44,645 nt of DNA from an uncultured Syntrophobacterales bacterium (GTDB taxonomy: Bacteria > Desulfobacterota > BSN033 > WVXP01 > G020346125), in assembly GCA_964346935.1 (NCBI GenBank), contig CAYFXP010000190.1:1-44645 (forward strand), read 5' to 3'. Under the pieces are notes generated by a model. The model searched no databases, was not told the DNA's origin, and saw only the letters and a program-made list of their open reading frames with translations. Below, piece by piece: positions 8,096 through 17,598 of the stretch. Position 1 is the stretch's first letter. Each line of letters begins with the position of its first letter. The position numbers were made by a program, and so were the translations under genes.

Positions 8096-8572
8096 CTAAA
8101 AAACGGAAATAATTTGAAGGACCCCGGTGGTTAATCCGAAGACGATGAGTATCCCCAGGACGGATCCGGTCATCAGCAGCAACGTCCCGTGCAGGCGCCG
8201 CTTCCCGATGAGAAAGCAAAAAACCGATCCCGAATGGATGCCGAAGCCCTTGATGGGGAGGGCGGAGATGAGGACTATCCCCAAGTTCCCCAGTGAGGTA
8301 ATCCATCGGATTAGGCGTTTCTCCCGCATACGCTCCTGCATTCGTTCCACCTGTTTCCGAGCCCAGCGAAAGGGAAATTTCTCGGAAAACCGCTCAAGGA
8401 GATACCCGTAAATGGGTATCTGCACGTAATCATAACCCAGCGCCAGGGGAATGTAGTAGTGTAGGGGCAGATGATTGATAATGGCGTATACCATGGACAC
8501 CGTGCGCCCGCAGGCGAAATGCAGGGCGGTAAAGATCAATAGGTGATTAGTAGGGGAAAAGAGGTCTTCCAC
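8096..8572 (-). CDS. Hypothetical polytopic membrane protein
   Basis: About four hydrophobic helices. The GTG start overlaps the stop of the upstream KS-like gene by 1 nt (TAGTG). It faintly resembles small multidrug-export-like (COG2426-type) proteins, from memory only. Confidence 0.6.
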   Translation of the reverse strand: MEDLFSPTNHLLIFTALHFACGRTVSMVYAIINHLPLHYYIPLALGYDYVQIPIYGYLLERFSEKFPFRWARKQVERMQERMREKRLIRWITSLGNLGIVLISALPIKGFGIHSGSVFCFLIGKRRLHGTLLLMTGSVLGILIVFGLTTGVLQIISVF

Positions 8573-9780
8573 TATTTACCCATGAGGATGGAGGCGAAGG
8601 TTCCATCGGGTGAGAGGGCGTTGTGAAGGATGGTCTTAACCTCACTATCGACGGAGCTATTGACCACGTAACTGAGGTCACACCGGGGATCGGGGGTTTT
8701 ATAGTGAATGGTTGGGGGTATGAATCCCTCCTCAAAAATGATGGCATTTGCCGCCATTCTTATCCCACCCGAGGCGATGGACTCCCCAACCATGGACTTG
8801 ATGGAGCTTATGGGAAGGGCGCCATAATCCGATGGGAACGCCCCTTTGATCGCCTTTGCCTCTATCTCGTCCACCTTTTTCGAAGAATTACCCACCCCCG
8901 AAATATAGTCAACCTTCCTCTCCTCGTCCGTGCCTTCTATGGCTAGTCGAATGCTGCGCTCCATATCCCTCCATGGGGAAGCGGCATCGAACCCGCCCAC
9001 GAAGGAATAGCCCAAGATCCGCCCATAGGGCTCGACGCCCCTGGAAAGGGCACTTCCCTCCCTCTCCAAGACGAGGATGGCTGCCCCTTCCCCGAGAACG
9101 ATTCCATTTCGGTTCAGGTCATAAGGGCAGCTCATCTCCCCATCCCCACGATCATATGACAGGAGATTAATGGCGGAAAAGCCCCTGAAGAGGATTTCGC
9201 TCAGCTCATCCACGCCTCCCGTCAATATGGCCTTCGCCCTCCCCTCTGCCAGCAGATCGCAGGCCATGATTATGGCGGCCTCGGCCGTGCAATAGGATTG
9301 GACCACCGTTGAATTTACACCCCTGATCCCGAGCTCTATGGAGACATTCCCGGTGGCCGCGTTGGGAACGGTATTGGGGAAGAGGATGGGATTCAATTCC
9401 AGAAATCCCCCCAGTACTTGTTCCCTATGGAAGGCCTCCGAATTGGCAAGCCCGCAGAAACCGGAACCCAGGATGATCCCAACCTCACAGCTATTGGAGT
9501 CGGTAATGGTCAATTTGGCATCCCCCAAGGCCAACTTCGACGCCGCAATGGCCAGCTGACTCGCCCGGTCCAGTTTCCTGATCTTGGAGACTGGGATGAA
9601 TTCCCGGGCATTGAACCCCTTGACCATACCCCCCTTCTTCGCCTTAAAGAGACCGGTGTCGAATTCGGAGATCTCGGAAATGCCATCCGCGCCGTCCCGC
9701 AGACCCCGGCAGAACTGGGTCTTTCCAATTCCGATGGAGCTTACAACGCCGATGCCCGTTATGACGATTCCCTCATTCAT
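8572..9780 (-). CDS. Beta-ketoacyl synthase-like protein lacking both catalytic His residues (CLF-like partner)
   Basis: Thiolase-fold KS throughout. Cys is retained (VVQSYCTAEAAI), but the HGTGT position reads YISGVGNSS and the KSMxGH position reads SIKSMVGES. Confidence 0.85.
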   Translation of the reverse strand: MNEGIVITGIGVVSSIGIGKTQFCRGLRDGADGISEISEFDTGLFKAKKGGMVKGFNAREFIPVSKIRKLDRASQLAIAASKLALGDAKLTITDSNSCEVGIILGSGFCGLANSEAFHREQVLGGFLELNPILFPNTVPNAATGNVSIELGIRGVNSTVVQSYCTAEAAIIMACDLLAEGRAKAILTGGVDELSEILFRGFSAINLLSYDRGDGEMSCPYDLNRNGIVLGEGAAILVLEREGSALSRGVEPYGRILGYSFVGGFDAASPWRDMERSIRLAIEGTDEERKVDYISGVGNSSKKVDEIEAKAIKGAFPSDYGALPISSIKSMVGESIASGGIRMAANAIIFEEGFIPPTIHYKTPDPRCDLSYVVNSSVDSEVKTILHNALSPDGTFASILMGK

Positions 9781-10987
9781 ACTTTTTCAGCACGATGGTG
9801 GTGCAATTTCCCCCGAAGGCAAAGGAATTGGACAAGACGGTTCCCACCCCTTGCCTTCTCGATCGATGGGGAACGTAGTCCAAGTCGCACGCCTCATCCC
9901 TTTCGCCATAGGTAGCCGTGGGTGGGACAAACCCATGGATTATCGAAAGGACCGAGGCCACAGCTTCAATGGCTCCTGCCGATCCCAGGCAGTGCCCCAC
10001 CATGGACTTGATGGAGCTGACGGGAACGGAATAGGCCCTCTCCCCCAACGCGTCCTTGATGGCCATTGTCTCGACTTTGTCGTTGAGCGGCGTCCCCGTT
10101 CCGTGGGCGTTGATGTAGTCCACCTCACCGCGGGCAATGTTGGCCGCGTTCATGGCCTCCCCCATCGTCCTGGATTGTTCCCTGCCGCTTGCCTCCGGCG
10201 CGGTCATATGGTAGGCCTCTCCAACGGTGGAATAGCCCAGGAATTCCGCGTAGATAGTTGCCCCCCTCGCTCTAGCACGCTTCAATTCCTCCAGAACCAA
10301 AATCGCCGCCCCCTCTCCCAGGGTCATTCCCCTTCTTCTCGCATCAAAGGGCTTGCAGGGAGTCGGATCCACCACTCGGAGGGAATTGAAGCCCCCGAAG
10401 GTTAGTTCGCTCATGGCATCGCTTCCGCCACAGATCATGATCTCCACATGTCCCCTCTTGATAAGGTCTGCGCCGTATCCGATGGATGTGGCGGAGGAAC
10501 TGCAGGCCGTCGTGATAGTGGCCTTCGGTCCACAGAGGCAAAACCGTTGTGATACAGCATCAGTGGAATAACTGGGGAGGAAGGGAAGAATCAGCGAGGG
10601 ACGAGGTTTTCCCCTCCCCTTGAGAAGGAGGTCACGATGGTACTGCTCAGCCGAAAGCATGCCGCCTGCGCCCGCACCGAGACATACTCCGATTTCCCGG
10701 TGGGGCTTCCCGTTCATATCGATTCCGGCATCTTTGACGGCCTCCATCGAGGCGATGAGGGCAAACTGGTCTGTCCGGGAGAGCCTTCTCAATTCGGTAG
10801 GGCCGAAATAATCCAGGGGGTCGTAATCCCTGATCTGGGCCGCAATCTTGGAGGGGTACTTGGAGGCGTCGAACAGGGTCACCTCGCCGATGCCCACCCT
10901 GCCCTCCTCGAGGGAACGGTGGAACTGGGAGATGTTCTTCCCGATGGCGGTAATCGCCCCCAACCCGGTGATCACAACCCTTTTCAT
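9773..10987 (-). CDS. Beta-ketoacyl-ACP synthase II-type condensing enzyme (intact Cys-His-His)
   Basis: TTACSSSATSIG (Cys), YINAHGTGTPLND (His), SIKSMVGHCLGSAG (His). Start taken at ATG 10987 (MKRVVITGLG), 13 nt after the fabG stop and preceded by GAGGGGA. The track start at 11017 is also possible. Confidence 0.9.
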   Translation of the reverse strand: MKRVVITGLGAITAIGKNISQFHRSLEEGRVGIGEVTLFDASKYPSKIAAQIRDYDPLDYFGPTELRRLSRTDQFALIASMEAVKDAGIDMNGKPHREIGVCLGAGAGGMLSAEQYHRDLLLKGRGKPRPSLILPFLPSYSTDAVSQRFCLCGPKATITTACSSSATSIGYGADLIKRGHVEIMICGGSDAMSELTFGGFNSLRVVDPTPCKPFDARRRGMTLGEGAAILVLEELKRARARGATIYAEFLGYSTVGEAYHMTAPEASGREQSRTMGEAMNAANIARGEVDYINAHGTGTPLNDKVETMAIKDALGERAYSVPVSSIKSMVGHCLGSAGAIEAVASVLSIIHGFVPPTATYGERDEACDLDYVPHRSRRQGVGTVLSNSFAFGGNCTTIVLKKYE

Positions 10988-11000
10988 TCCCCTCGGCTGA

Positions 11001-11741
11001 TTAGACAATTCCCCCATCCACGACTACCGTCTGGCCGGTGATGTAGTCGGATCCCTCCGAGGCCAGAAACAGCACGGCATGGGCGACCTCCTCGGGTCGA
11101 CCGATGCGCCCCAAGGCGGTTTGCCTGATGATGGCCTCGACCTTCTCCTTTGGGACCCTCGCCAACCAGTCCGTTTCGATAACCCCCGGCGCCACCGCAT
11201 TGACCTGGATGTTGAATTGACCCAACTCTCTGGCCAGGGATTTGGTGAAGCTTATCAAGCCTCCTTTAGAAGCGGCATAGTTGACCTGACCAGCCGTGCC
11301 CAAGATGCCGCTGACCGATGCGATATTGATGATCTTGCCCTTCCGCTGGGGAATCATCTTTCGCAGGGCGGCGCGACAGCAATAGAAGGTGCTGGTCAGA
11401 TTCGCCTTCAGGACGCGCTCCCAATCCTCATCGGACATCAACATGAGAAGGTTATCCCTCATCATGCCCACGTTGTTGACGAGGATGTCGATCCTGCCAT
11501 AGCGGCCCGCGACATCCTCCATCATAGCGCTGACTTGGTGAAAATCAGTCACATCGGCTTGGTATGGATCGAGCGTGCCCCCGAGGGATTCGGCCTCCTC
11601 GGATAGCTCCTGGGCCGCCCGTTCGTCGGAGGCATAATTGGCGATAACGAAAGCTCCCATCTCGCAGAAAGCTAAACCAATGGCCTTCCCTATTCCCTTC
11701 GAGCCACCGGTTACTATGGCTATTCGGCCATCGAACTCCAT
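11001..11741 (-). CDS. fabG: 3-oxoacyl-ACP reductase (SDR family)
   Basis: [11 protein letters not shown] cofactor motif, the NNVG segment and the YAASKGG catalytic motif. Length 246 aa. Confidence 0.9.
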   Translation of the reverse strand: MEFDGRIAIVTGGSKGIGKAIGLAFCEMGAFVIANYASDERAAQELSEEAESLGGTLDPYQADVTDFHQVSAMMEDVAGRYGRIDILVNNVGMMRDNLLMLMSDEDWERVLKANLTSTFYCCRAALRKMIPQRKGKIINIASVSGILGTAGQVNYAASKGGLISFTKSLARELGQFNIQVNAVAPGVIETDWLARVPKEKVEAIIRQTALGRIGRPEEVAHAVLFLASEGSDYITGQTVVVDGGIV

Positions 11742-11745
11742 AACA

Positions 11746-13146
11746 TTACTCCCCGGCGAGAGGCCTCACCCTTGGCCTCTTCATTCTCGCGACCAAGTTC
11801 CAAAGAGGGCCCCTGATGTGAAACCGGCGGATTTGGTCCATCAATTTCTGGGAAATGTTAATCTCTAATCCCGGCACAATCCACCCCTTCCTCTCCAAGG
11901 CCTTTTGGGAGACCCAAGACAGGATTTCATCCCCCAATTGGGGGGAGACGTAAAAATGGGGATACATGAGGTTGGTGTCGCGACCGATGATCCCCTCCGA
12001 CAGGGATATCCTCTCCAGCTCCGTTCCAGGGTATATCCGAATTCCCACCATGACGATGACTGCCGTTGGCTTGACTTGGTCCATCAAGGAGGCGGTCTCC
12101 CCCAAGGTCTTCTCGTCCTCCCCGGGCCCACCTAAGAGGAGGTAGTGGGCAAAGGGAACCTCGACCATCCTGCATATCTCAGAGGCCCGAGAAATATCCC
12201 CCAGGGAGAAGGATTTCCCAAGCCTCCTCAACATGGCGGGAGACCCTGAATCGGTGCCGAACTCGACTCCCGTACAGCCCGCCTCTTTCATGGTTTCGAT
12301 CAGCTCCTCATCGACATACCCCGGATTGACAAAGGCGCTCCATTTCAACCCGATGCCCTGATCCGCCATGGATCGGCAGAGCCCAAGGGCATAATCCCGT
12401 GGAAAGTTAAAGATATCATCCACGAAGTAGACGTAATCGACATCGTGGAGTTCCTCCAGAGCCCGGAGCTCCTGGACGACCTCCTCCGGGGGCCTCGTGC
12501 GCACGGAGGACCCCTCCAGCAGCGGGTAGGTGCAGTAGATGCACCCGAAGGGGCATCCCCTTTTGGTCTGAATGTTCCCCATCCCTCCATGGCGCAGATA
12601 TCGTGCGTTGTCCAAGAGGTCCCGATACGGAAACCCAATGGATTCGACTCCATCGATGGCCGGAACCGATTCGGGAAGATCCTCCCGTACCATCAGTCCG
12701 GGGATCCCCTTCACCGAGATTCGCTTTTCCAAGCGCCGAACAAGGGAGAGCATGGGATTCTCACCCTCTCCCACAATCCCAAAATCGACATTCAGCACCT
12801 CCAAGAGCTCCCTTGGGGCCAACGAGAACCCAGAGCCCCCAATGATCACCTTGGCCCCCGAATATTTCCTGCAGAGCGCGATCACCTCCTCCGCTTCTGG
12901 AACATATGAGAGGGCAGTTGGATAGGTCAAATTGTCCAGGTTTCTCAACGAAAGTCCGATCAGGTCAGGCCTCCACCGCGATATCTGATCTTTTAGCTCC
13001 TCCTCCACGTCGTCACTGAAACAGAGGTCCACGATTCTCAACTGATGCCCTTCCTCCTTGAGCCCGGAAGCGATATAGGCCAATCCCAAGGGGAAGACCG
13101 GAAAGGGCATTCTCTCCCTGTTTACCGATAGCAAGAGAATCTTCAT
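11746..13146 (-). CDS. B12-binding-domain radical SAM protein (lipid-cluster type)
   Basis: N-terminal MKILLLSVN...[12 protein letters not shown]...DLIGLSLRN...VIIGGSGFS, and radical SAM motif [18 protein letters not shown] overlap with the next gene at 13143-13146. Confidence 0.9.
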   Translation of the reverse strand: MKILLLSVNRERMPFPVFPLGLAYIASGLKEEGHQLRIVDLCFSDDVEEELKDQISRWRPDLIGLSLRNLDNLTYPTALSYVPEAEEVIALCRKYSGAKVIIGGSGFSLAPRELLEVLNVDFGIVGEGENPMLSLVRRLEKRISVKGIPGLMVREDLPESVPAIDGVESIGFPYRDLLDNARYLRHGGMGNIQTKRGCPFGCIYCTYPLLEGSSVRTRPPEEVVQELRALEELHDVDYVYFVDDIFNFPRDYALGLCRSMADQGIGLKWSAFVNPGYVDEELIETMKEAGCTGVEFGTDSGSPAMLRRLGKSFSLGDISRASEICRMVEVPFAHYLLLGGPGEDEKTLGETASLMDQVKPTAVIVMVGIRIYPGTELERISLSEGIIGRDTNLMYPHFYVSPQLGDEILSWVSQKALERKGWIVPGLEINISQKLMDQIRRFHIRGPLWNLVARMKRPRVRPLAGE

Positions 13147-14468
13147 GATGGATCCGCGTCAAACCGGCGATACCTAAGCCTGTTGACGATCTCCATTTGA
13201 GCCTTCCTCAGGGCGAAATTGCTCATCAAGAAGTAGAGGAAGTGGTTCCTGTTGCCCCCCAGGAGCCTTCCAAAGATAGAGCGAGGGGAACAGCAGTACT
13301 TCTGAGCCCATAGGTATCCCTGCTGGAGTTCTTCCGGGCTCATCAGCTTTGGCTTGAATACCACATGGCTCATATCGTAGTGAGGCCAATGGTTATCGAA
13401 GATTCGCCCCTCCTCCTCGAGCCTCCTCCTCAGAGGCGTCCCGGGAAAGGGCGTGAGCACGAAGAAGTTAGGGAGCTCAATATGGGTCTCATGAACGAAA
13501 TCGACGGTCCTCCTAAACACGTCCTTGTCATCGTGATCGAATCCAAAAATAAAGGAACCCTGAATCCCTATCCCGTGGTCCTGGATTTGTTTGATGAGGT
13601 CAGCCAGCTCTCGGGTGTCCACAAAGGTCTTTCTCGCCCCATCCAAGTTCTCCTGATTGAGGGATTCGAACCCGATAAAGAGGGAGATGCACCCGCTTTC
13701 CCTGGCCAGGGCGAGCAGCTCCGGATTGCGGGCGATTTTGAGAGTACAAAATCCCATCCACTTGGGCTCATATTTCTTGAGGATGCGGAAGAGTTCGGCC
13801 GCGAATTTCGGCTGGGCAATGACGTTATCGTCGGTCAGCATGAGATATTCTCCCCCTCTCCGGATGAGGGAGGAGAGTTCGGAATCGATGTGGGAGATAG
13901 ACCTGGTCCGATATCGCATCCCGTTGATCATGGGGACGGAGCAAAACTCGCACCGATTGGGGCAACCCCTCGTCGTCTCAATAGCATTGAAGAAGCGGCT
14001 ATACCTGGAGCCCAGCAATTCCCTCCTCGGGAGGGGCATTTTTCTCAAATCGAAATAGTTTTCGGTCCGATAAAATGGCTTTAGGCAGCCTGCTTCATAG
14101 TCGGAGATGAGCTCCTGGAAGATTCCCTCCGCCTCGCCAATCAGGACGGCATCTGCATGGGCTTTTGCCTCTTGAGGCAAAAAACTCGCATGTACCCCCC
14201 CGATGACCACCGTTTTCCCCCTCGTGCGAAATTCATCCGCTAGGAAGTGAGTCCGATCCGCAACACACGTCAAAGAGGTGAGTCCCACCAAATCCACATC
14301 CGCTTTCAGATCCACCTTCTCGATGGCTTCGTTTACAATGGTAATATCCCAATCCTTGGGAAAGAGGGAGGCCAATACCGTGAGACCGAGCATGGGGAAG
14401 GGGCGGCACGTATCCGTGGACACCCTCTTTCCCCTTTCCCTCGGAAAGATGAGCAGAGCTCGCTTCAC
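13143..14468 (-). CDS. B12-binding-domain radical SAM protein (paralogue of 558..1904)
   Basis: TRGCPNRCEFCSVP. GTG start preceded by AAGGAGGT. GTGA overlap with the upstream gene. The C-terminal YLWAQKYCCSPRS is shared with the 558..1904 protein (FLWTKKYCCAPRS). Confidence 0.9.
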   Translation of the reverse strand: MKRALLIFPRERGKRVSTDTCRPFPMLGLTVLASLFPKDWDITIVNEAIEKVDLKADVDLVGLTSLTCVADRTHFLADEFRTRGKTVVIGGVHASFLPQEAKAHADAVLIGEAEGIFQELISDYEAGCLKPFYRTENYFDLRKMPLPRRELLGSRYSRFFNAIETTRGCPNRCEFCSVPMINGMRYRTRSISHIDSELSSLIRRGGEYLMLTDDNVIAQPKFAAELFRILKKYEPKWMGFCTLKIARNPELLALARESGCISLFIGFESLNQENLDGARKTFVDTRELADLIKQIQDHGIGIQGSFIFGFDHDDKDVFRRTVDFVHETHIELPNFFVLTPFPGTPLRRRLEEEGRIFDNHWPHYDMSHVVFKPKLMSPEELQQGYLWAQKYCCSPRSIFGRLLGGNRNHFLYFLMSNFALRKAQMEIVNRLRYRRFDADPS

Positions 14469-15868
14469 GTTACCTCCTTCAGAAATTCATCATACTCCTG
14501 AAAGTTCGGCTGTCTCCACTGCCTCCTGGTAGCGTTCTCCCATACGTACCTCATGATGAGCCGATACGCCATCCGCTTAAAGGGATTGCGGCTCAGCAGG
14601 GGCCCTAGCAATATCCGGGGCTGAGTATAGTACTTCTTGAGGTACGTCTTCTGGAGAGATTCCACTTCTTCTGCTGAAAGGCAATGAGTCGGCATAACAG
14701 GATGCATGAAATCATATTTACCGAGGTCAAACTCAACGATTCTCCCCGCCTTCATGGCCTCCTCATAGTAAGGAGTTCCCGGTAGTGGAGTTGTCATGGT
14801 CAATATGAGAAAATCGCTCTGCTTCTTCACGAACTGGAAGATCTCTCGTAATGTCTCCTTGCTATCGAGCCAATCCACGAACATCACGTTGGCCATAACC
14901 ATGATCCCGTTTTCCCTCAGGATATTGATGGCCTCTTGGGCCATATCCCGGTCTTGCCTCTTGTCATATCGGTCCAGCACGGAGGAGGTCACGCTCTCGA
15001 CCCCCAACATCACCTCGTAGAGCCCCAGCCGCTTGAACTCGGACATGAGATCCCGATCCCTGATGATATCCCTCACCCGCGACTGAAACCAGAAGTGAAC
15101 CCCCAGGCCCGATTTCCCCAGTTCCTCCAAGAATTCCTCCACCCGTTTCCGACTCCAATTGAAGCTATTCTCGTTGAAGACGAAGAGCGTCTTTCCGTAC
15201 CGTCCGTTCAGATAAACCATTTCCTCAACAACCCTCCTGGCACTCCTCGCCCGCCAATACCCTTGCCAGAAGGCCGTCTCGGAACAGTATGCACAACAAT
15301 CACCACAGCCGCGGCTCGTCGAAATCCCAAAAGCCTCCCTTCCCATCCCATGCCAGTAGTAGGCATCGTTCTCCACGTCGATGAGGTGGTATGCGGGCAG
15401 GGGAAGGTCATCCAAATCCTGGATGAGGGGCCTCATTCGGTTCATCACCACCTCCCCGTCATTCGAAAAGGCCAAGCCCCTGATCCCTTTCACCCCCTCC
15501 CAATCACCCTCGGCGACCTGGGAGACGAATTCAGCCATTGATCCCTCGCCCTCCCCCAACAGGACGTAGTCGAGCTCCGGCACATCTTTAAGGATGGACC
15601 TGGCTAAAAGGGTGAAATGGCTCCCGCCCGCCACGATCACGGATCGTCGCGAGAGCCGTTTGGCCAGGGCAATGGTCTGAAAGGCCTCGGGCGAAAGGCA
15701 GGTCGCACTCGCCGTGACCCCGATGATATCGGGCTGGGCCCCCGAAATCCTCCTCGCCAAATCGGACCAGGGCCTATCGAAGGTTGTGCAGTCGAGGATT
15801 TGGCAGGAAAATCCCGCCTTTTCCAGGTATGCCCCCAGGCTCAAAAGGCCGAAGGAGGGGGTCCACAT
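14465..15868 (-). CDS. B12-binding-domain radical SAM protein (N-terminus probably extends to ~15931)
   Basis: SRGCGDCCAYCSE. Coordinates use the first ATG. The in-frame upstream codons (KGKPTIFLVDPPHRLFPGLR) still align with the N-terminus of the 18512..19879 paralogue, yet contain no ATG, GTG or TTG. Confidence 0.85.
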   Translation of the reverse strand: MWTPSFGLLSLGAYLEKAGFSCQILDCTTFDRPWSDLARRISGAQPDIIGVTASATCLSPEAFQTIALAKRLSRRSVIVAGGSHFTLLARSILKDVPELDYVLLGEGEGSMAEFVSQVAEGDWEGVKGIRGLAFSNDGEVVMNRMRPLIQDLDDLPLPAYHLIDVENDAYYWHGMGREAFGISTSRGCGDCCAYCSETAFWQGYWRARSARRVVEEMVYLNGRYGKTLFVFNENSFNWSRKRVEEFLEELGKSGLGVHFWFQSRVRDIIRDRDLMSEFKRLGLYEVMLGVESVTSSVLDRYDKRQDRDMAQEAINILRENGIMVMANVMFVDWLDSKETLREIFQFVKKQSDFLILTMTTPLPGTPYYEEAMKAGRIVEFDLGKYDFMHPVMPTHCLSAEEVESLQKTYLKKYYTQPRILLGPLLSRNPFKRMAYRLIMRYVWENATRRQWRQPNFQEYDEFLKEVT

Positions 15869-15927
15869 CCTCAGCCCCGGAAAGAGCCGATGCGGGGGAT
15901 CGACCAGAAATATCGTCGGCTTGCCCT

Positions 15928-16356
15928 TTATCGTTCCACCTCCAAGTATTCCATCATCCTGCCGATCCTCTTCTGGATCGGCTCGGGAATTCGATACAAG
16001 AGGGTCCCCTTGGAATCAGTCAGCACGTGAACCGTACGCCCCGTGGCCAGGACCCTGTTTGTCTCCGCGTGCAGCACCTCATAGGTGAAGATGAGGTTGG
16101 CCAATTCCGATGGTTGCATCCCCGTCCGGATGAGCAATTCATCGTTGGGCCTTGCGGGTTCCTTGAATTGACAGTGGACCTCGACCACCGGGGCGAGAAA
16201 GCCGGCATCCTTGAGGGTCAGCGGATCCAGTTCAAATTGAAGGGCGAGCTCATTGCGGCTCACCTCGAACCAATTAATGTAGTGGCCATGCCAGACCACT
16301 TCATAGAGATCAACCTCGGTAAAACGGACCTTAAGGCGCGTCTCGTGAAATCTCAT
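15928..16356 (-). CDS. Hotdog-fold acyl thioesterase (YbgC/4HBT-like)
   Basis: VRFTEVDLYEVVWHGHYINWFEVSRNE matches the catalytic-Asp N-terminal signature of YbgC-type thioesterases. Length 142 aa. Confidence 0.8.
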   Translation of the reverse strand: MRFHETRLKVRFTEVDLYEVVWHGHYINWFEVSRNELALQFELDPLTLKDAGFLAPVVEVHCQFKEPARPNDELLIRTGMQPSELANLIFTYEVLHAETNRVLATGRTVHVLTDSKGTLLYRIPEPIQKRIGRMMEYLEVER

Positions 16357-17287
16357 TCGGTCCTAACTTCCCCATGGAGCTGGAATCTCCCGTTGCCGTG
16401 GCTTTAACTCCCCTGTCGATCCATCGGATCAATTTACAGAGGGTGGCATCGTATCCCACCTCGATAAACCAGGCCACTCCTCGACGGAGGAGCTCCCTGA
16501 CACATCCCTCCCAATAAACTGGCCTGCATATCTCATCGGCCAAGAAAGGCTTGATGTCCCCCTTTTCCAGAAACGATAGCGTCATGTGATTGAGTATTCG
16601 GAACTTGGGTTCCCTGATATCGATGTGGTCCACCAGCTCCTGGATTTCAGCCCGAACGGGTTCCATAAGGTCACAGTGAAGAGGGGCGGAAAACGTCAGC
16701 CGGTGGGCGGCAATGGCGCCCAAATCGAGGGCCAAGGGGATGAGCTTGTCAATCCCTCCATTCAATCCGGAAAGGACGAAATTTCTCGATCCGTTGTAGT
16801 TGGCGATGGAGATTCGATACCCATCCAGCCGATCCCGAATGCCCTCGATTTGATCCATCTCCAAGCCGAGGACGAGGCACATGGATCCCCCTATCTCCCT
16901 TGCCCGTCCTTCTATGAGGAGGCCGATATCCCTCGTGAGGAGGAGCCCTTCTTGAAAATCGATGCTTTCCGCGGCCACCAAGGCCGCATAGATTCCCATG
17001 CTGTGCTCAGCGATGACATGGGGGAATATCCCCTCCCGCTGTAGACGATAATAATGGATGAGGCTGATGAGGTAGCTCGCCAGCTGAAGCTTGACGTTGA
17101 AATATGGCTCCCACTCCAGCTCCTGAATGGAGAAATTGAGGACGTCAAACCCACTGACCCGCTGGGTTTCCTCGTAAATCTCCTTGGCTAACCCCTCCCC
17201 GTAAATGGAATGATACGCGGGCAGGCGAGGACGTTCCTGGAGCTGCCCAGGAAAGCAGAAGCAGATTTTCTCCCCGCCTCGCTTCAT
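16331..17287 (-). CDS. FabD-like acyltransferase (malonyl-CoA:ACP transacylase fold)
   Basis: FCFPGQ (compare FPGQGSQ), the nucleophile elbow AEHSMGIYAAL (compare GHSLGEY), and FSAPLHCDLMEP (compare the PSHCALMKP His motif). Confidence 0.8.
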   Translation of the reverse strand: MKRGGEKICFCFPGQLQERPRLPAYHSIYGEGLAKEIYEETQRVSGFDVLNFSIQELEWEPYFNVKLQLASYLISLIHYYRLQREGIFPHVIAEHSMGIYAALVAAESIDFQEGLLLTRDIGLLIEGRAREIGGSMCLVLGLEMDQIEGIRDRLDGYRISIANYNGSRNFVLSGLNGGIDKLIPLALDLGAIAAHRLTFSAPLHCDLMEPVRAEIQELVDHIDIREPKFRILNHMTLSFLEKGDIKPFLADEICRPVYWEGCVRELLRRGVAWFIEVGYDATLCKLIRWIDRGVKATATGDSSSMGKLGPNEISRDAP

Positions 17288-17302
17288 CGAATTACTCGTT
17301 TT

Positions 17303-17575
17303 TCAGCCATTATCGCGGTTTTCGACAACGTACTGGGCAATTGTTCCCACGGATTGAAAGACCTTCTGCCCCACTTCAGCATCGGGAATGATCACCCCAT
17401 ACTCCTTTTCCAGCCCCAGGACTAGCTCCAGGGCATCGATGGAATCCAAACCCAACCCCTCACCAAAAAGAGGATCGTCGGTCCCGATATCCTCGGGCGT
17501 GACCTCCTCCAGTTTAAGCCGCTCGATGATGAGCCTCTTGAGCTGAAGGATGAGCTCTTCCGTTACCGTGGTCAT
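17303..17575 (-). CDS. Acyl carrier protein
   Basis: 90 aa and acidic, with the phosphopantetheine site LGLDSIDALELVLGLE. Confidence 0.9.
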   Translation of the reverse strand: MTTVTEELILQLKRLIIERLKLEEVTPEDIGTDDPLFGEGLGLDSIDALELVLGLEKEYGVIIPDAEVGQKVFQSVGTIAQYVVENRDNG

Positions 17576-17598
17576 CTTATCATCTCACCCATGTTCGG

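Noticed and set aside
8088-8306. N-terminal 73-residue extension of FabZ in the 221-aa track ORF
   Set aside because: The extension has no FabZ homology and overlaps the upstream membrane-protein gene. The internal ATG at 8087 has an RBS and gives a normal ~148-aa FabZ.
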